A DNA stretch of 64,000 bases. Source: Diplonema japonicum. Its lineage: Eukaryota > Protista > Euglenozoa: Diplonemea. A model generated the notes under the pieces. That model saw nothing but the letters and a program-made list of their open reading frames with translations, was not told the DNA's origin and made no database searches. The stretch covers positions 434,001 through 498,000 of the forward strand of contig OZ025667.1 in the NCBI GenBank assembly GCA_964019335.1, in the 5' to 3' direction. Positions 53,517-64,000 of the stretch are shown here, in pieces (within the stretch, counting starts at the first letter, position 1; the number at the start of each line of letters is the position of its first letter). The position numbers and the translations under genes were made by a program.

Positions 53517-56119
53517 CAAACAACAACCATGCCTCTATGCGCAAGAATTATGTGTTTTTAGGTTAGCCTTCCTGTCCCCCCTACCCTCCCTCCCCCCTCT
53601 TCAGTCACCGCTGTCAGTAATTGTGCGTGAATAAATCAGCGAAAAAGAAAAGAAAAAACTGAGGGAATACAAGTGAGTTTTGAGCATAGAGGCATGGGCT
53701 ATGTGCGAGCGGAAGGAAAATATGTTACAACTCTAGCAGGCCGCTATGGGTTTCTCTTTTTTTTAATGTTAACAATGAAACATAGGTATTCAGGCAGAGG
53801 GTCTTTCAATTGCTTTCAGTTTTTAAATTGCCGTCAATCGGGAGAGCTTCTTATGATCTTCTATTCGTCCCGGACCCCCCCAGATACACAAGGCCCACCC
53901 CCTAGAACATCGAAACAAAAAGCTGTTTCTTCCCTGTTTTTGGCTAGTTTTAAATAAGTACAAGTCAATATGTAGATCATTCGCGACCAAGGGTTTCATA
54001 AGGACCGATCGACACCCGTCGGTAAGCTGGTATGATCTGATATCGAAAATTGCTCGGTGGGTGGTGAACCCGGGATACTATGATGAAACATTTTAATTAA
54101 AATAAAATAAAAAGAGGTTCTGGTGCGCCAGACAAAATGCTTCGCACTATGCAGAACTCTTTTCTTTTAGCATTAATTGTCAATACATGCCATGTCATGG
54201 CTTCCCACGAGAAAAAAAAAAGAAAAAAAGAAGAAAGTGTGGGCCCAAGTGGTATCGTTGTAACCGTAAAGAAAACAGAACCAGGTAGTTCTTCTTGTGG
54301 CAATTATGCCCAAAGATCCGAAATTACGCTTTTTTTCTCCCCTTCCCTCCCCTCCCCTTCCCTCCCAATACTACATTTCTTTTCACCAGTCTATTAACTT
54401 TTTTCTTTTTGCAACCCAGCTTCACGATCAGGATACAAAAAAGAATCTCGGTGGCAAGAAAAAAAAAAAAGAAAAAAAAAAGAAAGAACCTTGAAGGACA
54501 CGAGCCTCAAGTAGGACAAATCCATAATTCATAACAACCAAGTTGCGCTGGCCGTAAGTTGACCATGCTGTCGAGGTCTCTTGATCCTTTTTTTTTCCCC
54601 GATGAACAGATGATAAGCACTTGTTTGTGTAGTATTGAAAAAGAAGAAAAAAATATTGACAGCGTAATGTGTGATGCAAAAGTTTTTTTATTTGGTAAAC
54701 GTTAAAAAGAAGAGAAAAAAAAAGAAAAATAAAAAGACTCTTCTCTTTTTTTTTTTGTAGAGCATAAGGATAACTAGAACTAGTCATCCTTTATGCCGAT
54801 GCTTGTGCAGATAATTACATTCATCCCCCACTACTTTTTGAAAGAGATTAAAATTCTTAGACTGCCGCGAATGGAAGTTTTCTTCACGTTGAAAGAGAAC
54901 AAAGGTTTTCTAGAAACGGGACAGCTGCTCAAAACAAGAGAAGAAGTGCTGAACTAAGTTCACTACAAGGCTCTCGTCTTTCTTTTTTCACACCAGCGAG
55001 AACCCTTTTCTCTCTTTTAAATGTCTTTTTTTCTCTTTTTTTATATGTCCGAAACTGAGAGATGCTTAGTACTGACCATACCCCCTCCCCTTCTTCTAGG
55101 GGCCTGCGGCTCTCGCGCGGAGTTTGCATGTGACATCGGCTTTTTTTTTTCTTCGAATTTCTACTTGAACAGAGCTCCCCATGCACACTGAAACTTTATC
55201 GAATTTTTTTTAAATTCACTGTTCCTTTTTTTACTTCACGACTCAAGGTCTATTTAAGAAACAGAAAGAAGGGCGCATGTAAACACGTCCTTTTGCCCTT
55301 CGTGAAGTTTTGAAACATGAAATAAAACCATCCACTGCTACGAAACTGACTTCACAGTGTAGGTAGCTATGAAAGAGTTCTATTGGGGAAATATCCTCTT
55401 ATGAAAGATTTTTCAATCCTTCCCAAGTACGCTTTTGGTACCGATAGAATATGTATAACAAGCCCTTCCTTATGGAAAGCTTGAAACATTCTTTTTTTGT
55501 CTCTTTGTCTACCGTATTCTTGTTATCTATACTACTCCCCCCTCCCTTCTTCACACAAGCAGGCGTTGCCCGGAGATTGTCTACTTTTAGATTTATACAA
55601 TTATGCTGAACAGAGAATCTCTCGGTCCCCGTCCTCTTGCCTATTCTTTTTACTTCTTATTTTTCTTCTTCTTTGTTGTTGATGTCGCGAGAAATCGGTG
55701 CGCCACACCTACACCCTGTCCACCTCTTACCCCCCTTTTATGTTTCAACACGGCAGGTGGCTTCAGTGCCAGTTTCGTTGCAGTTGGAATAACAGCTCTC
55801 TTCCTTTTCCCCTTTTTTGTTTCGTTTCAAAGGCCCAGTGGCCATACAGAGTCTTCCTTCCCTATGCTGCAAGGAGCGGTCTACAGGTCTTGATGCATGT
55901 TTGGCCTAGCGGACATCTTCCTGTCGGTAACCTGTGGAGTAGAAACCTTTTGTCTCGGATGACACTATAAATAGTATCTGGCAAAAGGGGACTTACAGGA
56001 ATTCGTTATGCTGTGATCTTTCTCTCTTGTTGCCATCTGTCAATGCTTTCTGTGCTTGTGGTGCTTTTGTTGGTTTATTTCCCTTCTTTTCTTGTCTTTC
56101 ACACCAGTAACTCAGCAAC

Positions 56120-57145
56120 ATGGGTCTTAAGGAGTACCTGAGGCTTACGGACGAGCAGATAGCCAGCGCGGAGATATGCACAAACAGCCTCAAGGGTGTG
56201 GCTGTGATTGACGTGACAGAGCTAATGAATGCTGAGAAGGTCACGATGGACACAAAAGGTGTCCGCGAGATCGCACAGGCATGCTCGGAGTGGGGCTTCT
56301 TTCAGATTATGGGGCACGGGTTGTCTGTAGAGTACATTGACAATGCTGAGGCAAGTGCCATGCAGTTCTTCAACCTGCCGAGAGACATGAAGAACAGCGT
56401 CAAGCGCGCATCCGACAACAGCAAGGGCTACTTCGACGACGAGTTCACGAAGCAGAAGCGAGACTGGAAGGAAGGCTTCGACTACGGGATGCAAGAGGGG
56501 CAGATGGACATCAAGGGGCTCGATGGTGTCAACCAATGGCCGAAGAAGGACCTCGTCCCGGACTTCGAGAGGACGATGAAGCACTATCTTTACTCCCTGC
56601 GTGTCATTGCTAGGAAACTCGTGCAGGCCATGAGCGTGGGGCTTGGCTGTCCCCAGAACGAGTTTGATAGGCACTTTGTCAAGGACAGCAGCTTCATGAG
56701 GCTCAACCACTACCCGAAGTGCCCGAACCCCGAGTCCCACTGGTCTATCAGCCACCACACAGACGCAGGTGCTGTGACAGTGCTGTACCAGTCGATGGTG
56801 AAGTCCTTGCAGGTCTTCAACCATGAAGACTTCAAATGGTACGAAGTGACGCCCATCAGGGGCGCCTTCGTCATCAACACCGGCGACATCATGCAGGTCT
56901 GGTCCAACGACCGCTACATCGCACCGCTCCATCGTGTCAAAGCGCGTGCCGACACTGCTAGATACTCAAGCCCCTTGTTCTACAACCCTTCGTACTCCAC
57001 TGTGTACAGCCCCGTCCTGTCGCCGCCTGCGTACAAGCCCATCAACTGGGGCGAGTTCAGAATGGCCCGCTTTGGGGGTGACTATGCAAATGTGGGTACG
57101 GAGAACCAGATATCCCACTTCAGAATCGAGGAGGCCAAACTATGA
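56120..57145 (+). CDS. IPNS/DIOX-like 2-oxoglutarate-Fe(II) dioxygenase
   Basis: ACSEWGFFQIMGHG, RDWKEGFD, GVNQWP, RLNHYPKCP, HHTDAG (HxD), VINTGD..QVWSND, LHRV, RYS. Confidence 0.93.
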   Translation: MGLKEYLRLTDEQIASAEICTNSLKGVAVIDVTELMNAEKVTMDTKGVREIAQACSEWGFFQIMGHGLSVEYIDNAEASAMQFFNLPRDMKNSVKRASDNSKGYFDDEFTKQKRDWKEGFDYGMQEGQMDIKGLDGVNQWPKKDLVPDFERTMKHYLYSLRVIARKLVQAMSVGLGCPQNEFDRHFVKDSSFMRLNHYPKCPNPESHWSISHHTDAGAVTVLYQSMVKSLQVFNHEDFKWYEVTPIRGAFVINTGDIMQVWSNDRYIAPLHRVKARADTARYSSPLFYNPSYSTVYSPVLSPPAYKPINWGEFRMARFGGDYANVGTENQISHFRIEEAKL

Positions 57146-57368
57146 GTTCAAATTGTTGGCGCAGCATGTTGCTTGTAATGGGCGCACACTGAGCTATTGT
57201 CCTACACTGGTCGGGTCAGCAAGACCTTTCGAGTGCGAGACAAAAGCTCTCTCACGAGTCCACTTGCGACATGAAGTAGTAGTTTTCGTGTGTTTGACTT
57301 TCCTCACACCGCTGCCGGGTTGCATGTAATGTTACACTTATAATGGTCACCCTCAGGAATGATCTCAC

Positions 57369-58574
57369 ATGCAAGCCGGTAACCGATTCAGACAGGTGCG
57401 AGCATACAAGATCGCACCAGTCCAACTTCCTTTGGAGAAGGCCAAACCACGGACTGTGTCCTTCAAAATCGAAGCGAATGCCGGGAAGAAGTGGCACGAC
57501 ATAGTACGGTTTGACGATTTGAAGGGACGAGGTGACGGGGATGCTGCAGAGCACCTTAGGGACGTGTTTGTGACAGGAAGGAGCACAAAAGTGCTAACCT
57601 CTGAGTGGGATAACGAGTTGCAGTGCCTGAGGGCTGCAAAATGTGAGCTGGGAGAGAAGGTGTACGAGGTAGGCGTCGAGGTGTCTTACGCGCAAAGAAA
57701 GTCCTATTTGATGAAAGCCCTCCACGATGAGATGCGCATAGCATGTATTGTGCCCACTGTCAGAGTTTATCAGCTTACATTCAAATTCTACTCGCGCAAG
57801 GCCGATCTTGTCTCGTTTAAGTCTCACCTTGCTGCCTTCAGGATTCACTATCCACACCTTGCCTCAACTGACCAAACCCTTTATGTGTCTTCGCTCATCT
57901 TGCTTTCAAGACTTCCCAAAGACTCTGTTGAGCGCAGTAAGCAAGGACTAGCTATTTGGCGATACATGACAAGCAGCAACATCCCGATCCCTCCTTTCGG
58001 CTACGCTGCTCTTATCAAGTGCTGCAGCAGCAAAGAGGAAGCGCTCTCCATCATGACACTAATGCAGGAAAGTAGTGTGACGGTCGTTGCCATCCATTAT
58101 GAAGCGGTCCTCGCGTCTTTTAGGTATTCAGGCACAATCCCGGAAGCGAGGAAATACCTCCTCTCCTGCCCCGTGATCAGCCTGGGCATGCTAGACACCT
58201 TTGCTGAACTGCACGACCAGCTCAGCCACCACTGCGACGTTCCTTACATCAGATCGGTTATTGCGCTTTACAACAGGCATAATCACGCACCAACAGCGAG
58301 ATCCTTCACCATTCTGCTGAAGTGGATCTTGTCCTTCTCAACAGCTCCTGAGTCCCTTTACAACACCCTCGCGAAAAAACTGTTTGCCAGAACCATCGAA
58401 AGGGGTCTCGCCACAATGCATGTGATCTCCGTGTTACTGAACCACTACTGCAGCACGGGAGACAGGAAGAGTGCGGTGGAGGTATATGATTACATGATAC
58501 GGTCTAATAAAACAGCACACGCGGATGTGCTGCAAAAGGCAAGACACTTCATTGGGGTTAAGTCCCAACGTTGA
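57369..58574 (+). CDS. PPR-like repeat protein
   Basis: ~35-aa spaced motifs PFGYAALIKCC, AIHYEAVLASF, ARSFTILLKW, VISVLLNHYCSTGDRKSAVEVYDYM. Confidence 0.55.
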   Translation: MQAGNRFRQVRAYKIAPVQLPLEKAKPRTVSFKIEANAGKKWHDIVRFDDLKGRGDGDAAEHLRDVFVTGRSTKVLTSEWDNELQCLRAAKCELGEKVYEVGVEVSYAQRKSYLMKALHDEMRIACIVPTVRVYQLTFKFYSRKADLVSFKSHLAAFRIHYPHLASTDQTLYVSSLILLSRLPKDSVERSKQGLAIWRYMTSSNIPIPPFGYAALIKCCSSKEEALSIMTLMQESSVTVVAIHYEAVLASFRYSGTIPEARKYLLSCPVISLGMLDTFAELHDQLSHHCDVPYIRSVIALYNRHNHAPTARSFTILLKWILSFSTAPESLYNTLAKKLFARTIERGLATMHVISVLLNHYCSTGDRKSAVEVYDYMIRSNKTAHADVLQKARHFIGVKSQR

Positions 58575-58708
58575 TATCTGAATCCCCCCCCCCCCCCCCC
58601 CCATTGCATAGCCTACTTAACTATTACCACAGGGAAGAGGTCCTGTTAGACACCCTCCCTCCTCCTCCCTTGCGAAGAAGGGAGTGACCACAAACAAAAA
58701 GATATAAA

Positions 58709-60090
58709 ATGTCGAAGGACCAAAGAGAAATAGACCCCCATGTGCTGAAGCGGTATCAAATAATCCAAATGCTTGGGAAGGGGGCTTATGGTATTGTGTG
58801 GCTGGCAATGGACACTAAGAAGAAAGAGAAGGTTGCGCTGAAGAAGATTTTTGATGCGTTTCAGAACGCAACGGACGCACAGAGGTACGCATCACATCAC
58901 ATCACATCACATCACATCACACTACATAAACAGGACCTTCCGTGAGATCATGTTCCTGCAATCTGTCAAACACGAGAACATCATCACCATGAAGAATGTC
59001 CACAAGGCCGACAACGACAAGGACATCTACCTCACGTTCGAGTACATGGAGACAGACCTCCACGCCGTCATCAGGGCGGGCATATTAGAAGACATCCACA
59101 AATCTTACATCATTTACCAGCTACTGAAAACCCTGAAGTACCTGCACAGGTATCCCGTCAACACCATTGACAAAAAACAAAAAAAAAAAAAAAAAAAAAA
59201 ACAAAACAAAAAAAAAACACCACCACTCTAGTGGCGAGCTTCTGCACAGAGATATCAAGCCTGCCAATCTCCTGCTGAACGCTGAGTGCCATGTGAAGGT
59301 TGCCGATTTTGGGTTGGCACGCAGCATTGCGAACCTTGACAAGGACCAGGCCGCGAAGCCTGTGCTCACGGACTACATCGCAACAAGGTATGAAATGGTA
59401 CCATGACACAATACCTTCGCAGGTGGTACCGTGCGCCAGAGATCCTGCTTGGGTCCACGAAGTACACGAAGGGAGTGGACATGTGGAGCATAGGATGCAT
59501 TCTTGGAGAGCTTCTTGCTGGGAAGCCGATGTTCCCTGGTACGAGCACAATGAACCAGCTCGAGAGGATCATCGCAGTGACGGGGATCCCGACCAAGGGC
59601 GACATTGCCTCTATTGGGTCATCCTTCACAGAGAGCATGCTTGAGAACCTGTCGCCAGTTGCGACGAAGTCTCTGACTGACATGTACCCCAAAGCATCTC
59701 CTGAAGCCATCGACCTCATGAAGAAGCTGCTCTGCTTCAACCCCTCCAGGCGATTGACCGCTGACGACGCACTGAGGCACCCCTTCGTGTCCATGTTCCA
59801 CGATGCTTCGCAAGAGCCTGTCTGCCCGGGGCCCATCACCATACCTTTCGACGACTACACCAAGTACACAGTCCACGAGTACAGGGATAAGCTTTACTAC
59901 GAGGTGTCCAAGAGGAAGAGAGAGTTAAAGAGGGACAAGTATGCAACGGTAAACAGTATCTTTCACCTGGCACAGGGCGCACCGTGACAGAGACCGTCGT
60001 GAGTCCCGTGAGCACCACGGTGACAGACGTGCTTCTAGTAAAACAGAAGGGCACGGGCACAGAGCTCACCGTAGCAGTGCTGCGAATTAG
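58709..60090 (+). CDS. MAPK15: ERK7/ERK8 (MAPK15)-type MAP kinase, TDY activation loop; 5 exons
   Basis: [57 protein letters not shown]. Introns at 58885-58933, 59150-59231, 59388-59422 and 59939-59975 give one continuous frame to TAG at 60090. Confidence 0.93.
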
Positions 60091-61947
60091 GACGGGAAAA
60101 AGAAAAGATAAGCAATACAACATTAGAGACAAAGCAACAAGAGAACAATCTCAAAAGACATGTATACTCCCCTTTTTTTTTCCCCCCCTACCCATTATAA
60201 TTTCTGTTTTTGTTTTTGCGATCTTCTTCTTCCTGCTGTGTCCTTTTTTTTTCTTTTTATGAGAAAAAAAAATGGGAGGAAGGGGAGGGGGGGAAAGGGA
60301 GTGAGTTTCCTCCCCCCCAAACATTAACAAGAAACAAAAAAAAAAAAAAGAAGCAGAAAAAGAGGAAAAAAGAAAAGAAAAAGATGGAAAGACGAAAAAG
60401 AAAAAAAAAACAAGAAAAAAAAAAGGAAGCGCCTGCTTTGTTCTCTAGGATTCCTTTCACCACCCCGTCCCCTTCCCTTTGTTTTAGAAACTGTCCCCTC
60501 CCCATCCCTTCTAATTTTCTTGTTCTTTTTTTATTATGTTTCAAGTGTTCTGTTTCTTTCCCCCTTCCGCCCAAAAAAAAGAAACTTTTTCCAATTTTGG
60601 AAGTCCCCTCCCCCTGCCTTTACATTTACCCCCCCCTTTTTTTTCTTTGAGAAGTGGATGTAGTAGGAGGGGCGTCTTCCGGTTTATACTCTTTTTCTTT
60701 TCTTTTTTTTGATGAGGTCTTCTCCCCGCCCCCCCACCATTCACCTTTCTTCTTATCCATTTTTTTTTTCTCCCCGTCTTTTCTTCTCCCCTGCTAGATT
60801 TTGGAGAGGTGCCAAGCAGGTTGCATAGCGGTCAGTGTTGATTCTTTATTTATTGCCCCCTCGAGTTATTTCTTCTTTACCCACTTCTCTCCACTAATGT
60901 GACATAGCCCCTCCACACACACACACACACACACACATGACAATCCCCCTTCTTTTCTTTTCTTCTTCTCCCGGGCTTGGTAGTGTTTTGTCACTTTCCC
61001 CACTCTGTGTCTTCACCTTTCAGCGTGGTTACCTCCTTTTTTTTTTTTTTTTTTTTTTGTAAATATGAAAAGTCGAGACGTCAAAGAAAAAAAGAAAAAG
61101 AAAAAAAAAAGAGGGCGAAGTAAATTCTGGATAGCATGAGGAAAAAAAAAAAGAAAAAAAAAGAAAGAAAGAAGGGAAAAAAAAAGAAGAAGATCTGGAA
61201 ATGAGTGCAAGGATACCAAAAGAATTTAAAAAGGATGAAAACAAATTGCCCCCCCCCCCCCCAACACACACACACACACATCCCTTCTTATTTCTCTCCC
61301 CTATTACCCCACCCCACCCTTTTTTATAGTGATGTTACATGTGGTTGGTTGACTGTATTTCTCCTTTTTTATTACCGTGTGTGCGCCTTAAGGCTCCCCT
61401 CCCTTCCCCTTTTTTTTCTTACAATGAGTTCTGTTTCTTTGGCAAATTTTTGTATTTTTTTTTTGTCTTTGGTGGGGGTGGGAAGGGGGAGGGGTGCCAC
61501 ATTTATATAGTTTTACAAAACCATTTTTTTTTCAAACCCCACCGAATGCAATACATTCATTGCAATTCATAAAAAAATAAAGGCCCCTCCCCTTCTTTTC
61601 TTCTGTTTTTTCCTAATGTAATATCAGGATCTCCAAACTCACTTGTCCTCCCTCTTTATCGGGCGCGATGAAGAGGAAGGGGAAAAAGAAGAAGAAGAAG
61701 AAGGCAAAAAAGAATAACATACAGCGACGTCCCTCCCTTCTTGCATCTTTTACCATTGGTACCTTTGCTTTCAGCTCTTACCCTTTTATGTCTCTTCCCT
61801 GCCGTGCCTGCACCCCGCACCCCGAAGACCTCATCCGCAGACGTAGCTTTGACCCCTTCTATTGTTTTGTTGCAACGCAGCCTTCCTGGCAATACACTCA
61901 GGCCTCCAGGTTATTTACATTTGTTTTCGAGAAAAAAGAAGAAGAAA

Positions 61948-62886
61948 ATGAGTCTGTTTCCGCGTGTGAAGGGCCAGCCCCGCCCCCAGTATCCTTCATG
62001 GGTGAGTATGCTGAAGAACTTTCTCGTTTTCATCACGAGGGTCCCCCTTGTCCTCACGGTGCTGACCTACTTCCTGCAGCCCTACTGGCTGATGCTCGTG
62101 CAGTGCTTCCGCGAGTTGGGGCTCAACGATGCAGGCATCTTGACCGTGTCCCTGACGCTGCTGCACTCCGTCACGTACTGCATCTGCAACGGGTTCTATT
62201 ACTTCCTCGACACTCACAAGTACCTCCAGCAGTACAAGATGCACAGAATACTTGCCATGGAGCACTCTGGCGACCAGTTCAAGCACACCCTGGCTGCGGC
62301 ACTCGTCTCGCACGTCCTTGTGACGCCCCTCGTCATCTACAGCAGCTACAACCTTGTTATCAAAGACTACTTCATGGTCCCCGATGAGGAGCTCACTGAC
62401 TTCACGATACTGTTTTTCGGTTATGCGACCGCCAAGGTTGTGAACAGCATGGGCTTCTACTGGGCACATAGAGCCGTGCACCACCCTGCCCTGTACTGGA
62501 TCCACAAGCAGCACCACTCGTACGTGGGCACCATCGGTGTCAGTGCTGAGTACGCTCACCCCATCGAGCAGCTTGTTGCGAACCAGCTGCCTATAGCGCT
62601 AAGCGTCCTGCCACTGCTGCACCCCCTTCCCACCATCATCTGGTTGTGGGAGCGTCTGGAACAGTCGTACCAGGTCCACTCTGGATATGCCTTTGTGGGC
62701 ACCCTTCCTCACAAGCTTGGTCTTACCCACGCCTCAGGGGCTGCTTTCCACGACTTCCATCACACCATCAACAGCGGTAACTTCTCGGAGCCCTGGATCG
62801 ACTGGTTGTTTGGAACCATGGACCCCTGGTTGGTGCAGGGTAGTGAGGAGGGCTACCTGGCCAGGAAGGACAAGAGCGAGAACTAA
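61948..62886 (+). CDS. Sterol desaturase/fatty-acid hydroxylase superfamily (C4-methylsterol oxidase-like), paralog 1
   Basis: His boxes FYWAHRAVHH, IHKQHH, EYAHPIE, HSGY, FHDFHH, and C-terminal WIDWLFGT. Confidence 0.9.
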   Translation: MSLFPRVKGQPRPQYPSWVSMLKNFLVFITRVPLVLTVLTYFLQPYWLMLVQCFRELGLNDAGILTVSLTLLHSVTYCICNGFYYFLDTHKYLQQYKMHRILAMEHSGDQFKHTLAAALVSHVLVTPLVIYSSYNLVIKDYFMVPDEELTDFTILFFGYATAKVVNSMGFYWAHRAVHHPALYWIHKQHHSYVGTIGVSAEYAHPIEQLVANQLPIALSVLPLLHPLPTIIWLWERLEQSYQVHSGYAFVGTLPHKLGLTHASGAAFHDFHHTINSGNFSEPWIDWLFGTMDPWLVQGSEEGYLARKDKSEN

Positions 62887-63207
62887 AGCTGCTGTTTGGG
62901 GGTCGTACTCTTCGTTCGTCTTACTCTTGCTCCTTTTTTTAAAAAAAATTAAAATCGTTTTCCTTACTACAAGATTGGTTACCATTGCGCGAGAGAAGAA
63001 GAAAAAATCGCCACAGCTTCATCGTCACAGCTTCATTGATACATAGCTTTTTTCTTCTTTTTTTTTCCTGCGCTGACAAATGTTTCTTTATTTCTCCTTT
63101 CCCCACCTCCCTCCCTCCCTCCTTCCTTCCTTCATCTAAAGACAAGAACCTGCACAACAATTTTAATTTGATCCACTGACAACACAGTTGCCTGATACTT
63201 CTTTTTG

Positions 63208-63248
63208 TCAGGCGTCCTGCCACATCCGCAGGTACCCTTAAATGTCTC
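63208..63248 (-). repeat. Dispersed hairpin motif B, copy 3
   Basis: TCAGGCGTCCTGCCACATCCGCAGGTACCCTTAAATGTCTC followed by a T-tract. Confidence 0.85.
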
Positions 63249-63574
63249 TTTTTTTTTTTCTTTTCTGCTTCTTGTTCCCGTTCTTATTCCTATACTTCGG
63301 AAGTACTTCTGATACCGATTGTACATTACATTCATGTCTCTCTCTCCTTTGCCTGGTGAACGAAGTAAGACGTTTTCGTTGCCTTACTTCTCACTGCGAT
63401 AACTGCTTGGCATGTCCAGCATTCAAGTGCTTACCAATCACAGAAGGCCCAATTGTGTGTTTCTTCGTGTGCTGCGAAACCTTTCTTGATTTTTTATCTC
63501 ACCCTCTCTGTTCCCTTCCCCTCTTGATAGCACGCTTGCTAACGTGATGCACAATACTACAGATACTAATCAAA

Positions 63575-64000
63575 ATGTCCGGCTTCGGAGGCGCATCGTT
63601 CTCGCCACGTGTGAAGGGCCAGCCCCGCCCGGAGTATCCTCCAACAACGAGCATGCTGAAGGATTTATTCTTGTCTAGCACGAGAGTCCCCCTTGTCCTC
63701 ACAGTGCTGACCTACTTCCTGCAGCCCTACTGGCTGATGCTCGTGCAGTGCTTCCGCGAGTTGGGGCTCAACGACTCCGGCATCTTCACTGTGTCGACAA
63801 TGGCAACACACACCATCACGTACTGCATCTGCAACGGGTTCTATTACTTCCTCGACACTCACAAGTACCTCCAGCAGTACAAGATGCACAGAACACCTGC
63901 CATGGAGCACTCTGGCGACCAGTTCAAGCACACCTTGCGTGAGGCCTTCGTCAGCCAGATACTCCTCGCGCCTTTTATTGTCTACTTCGCCTTCGACATC
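63575..64000 (+). CDS. Sterol desaturase-family paralog 2 (5' part; runs off window)
   Basis: MSGFGGASFSPRVKGQPRP...; long blocks are nucleotide-identical to 61948-62290. Confidence 0.88.
   Translation, partial: MSGFGGASFSPRVKGQPRPEYPPTTSMLKDLFLSSTRVPLVLTVLTYFLQPYWLMLVQCFRELGLNDSGIFTVSTMATHTITYCICNGFYYFLDTHKYLQQYKMHRTPAMEHSGDQFKHTLREAFVSQILLAPFIVYFAFDI

Noticed and set aside
33176-62886. Functional cluster of oxygenases (JBP1, AspH-like, IPNS-like, sterol desaturases)
   Set aside because: Different families, compartments and strands; directional clusters are not usually functional operons.

Overview
Eukaryotic nuclear DNA from a euglenozoan, most likely a diplonemid. It carries a clear JBP1 (base J) gene and kinetoplastid-style directional gene clusters, but also many tiny GT-AG cis-introns. 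About 22 genes run on the minus strand from 1 to 41.5 kb: SNAP50, NT-C2, Tubby-like, helical-repeat, UBXN11, cyclophilin, ankyrin/EF-hand, RPAC1, a ZZ-SPRY adenylate cyclase, RPLP1, RING-DysF, LicD/FKRP-like, JBP1, an Air1-like Zn-knuckle protein, a Clu-domain protein and a DUF2834-like protein. Eight genes run on the plus strand from 48.3 kb: Asp/Asn hydroxylase-like, coiled-coil, receptor cyclase-like, 2OG-Fe oxygenase, PPR-like, ERK7-type MAPK and two sterol-desaturase-family paralogs. The divergent strand-switch region (41.5-48.3 kb) is a nest of inverted repeats and CAGTGTTG-terminated transposon remnants. It lies inside a ~9 kb CpG-depleted domain where repeat copies differ by reciprocal TG/CA changes, the footprint expected of position-specific CpG methylation (candidate heterochromatin/centromere). 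Two ~40-nt dispersed motifs whose orientation follows transcription direction and a ~570-bp MITE are also present. All calls are by eye, without database searches.
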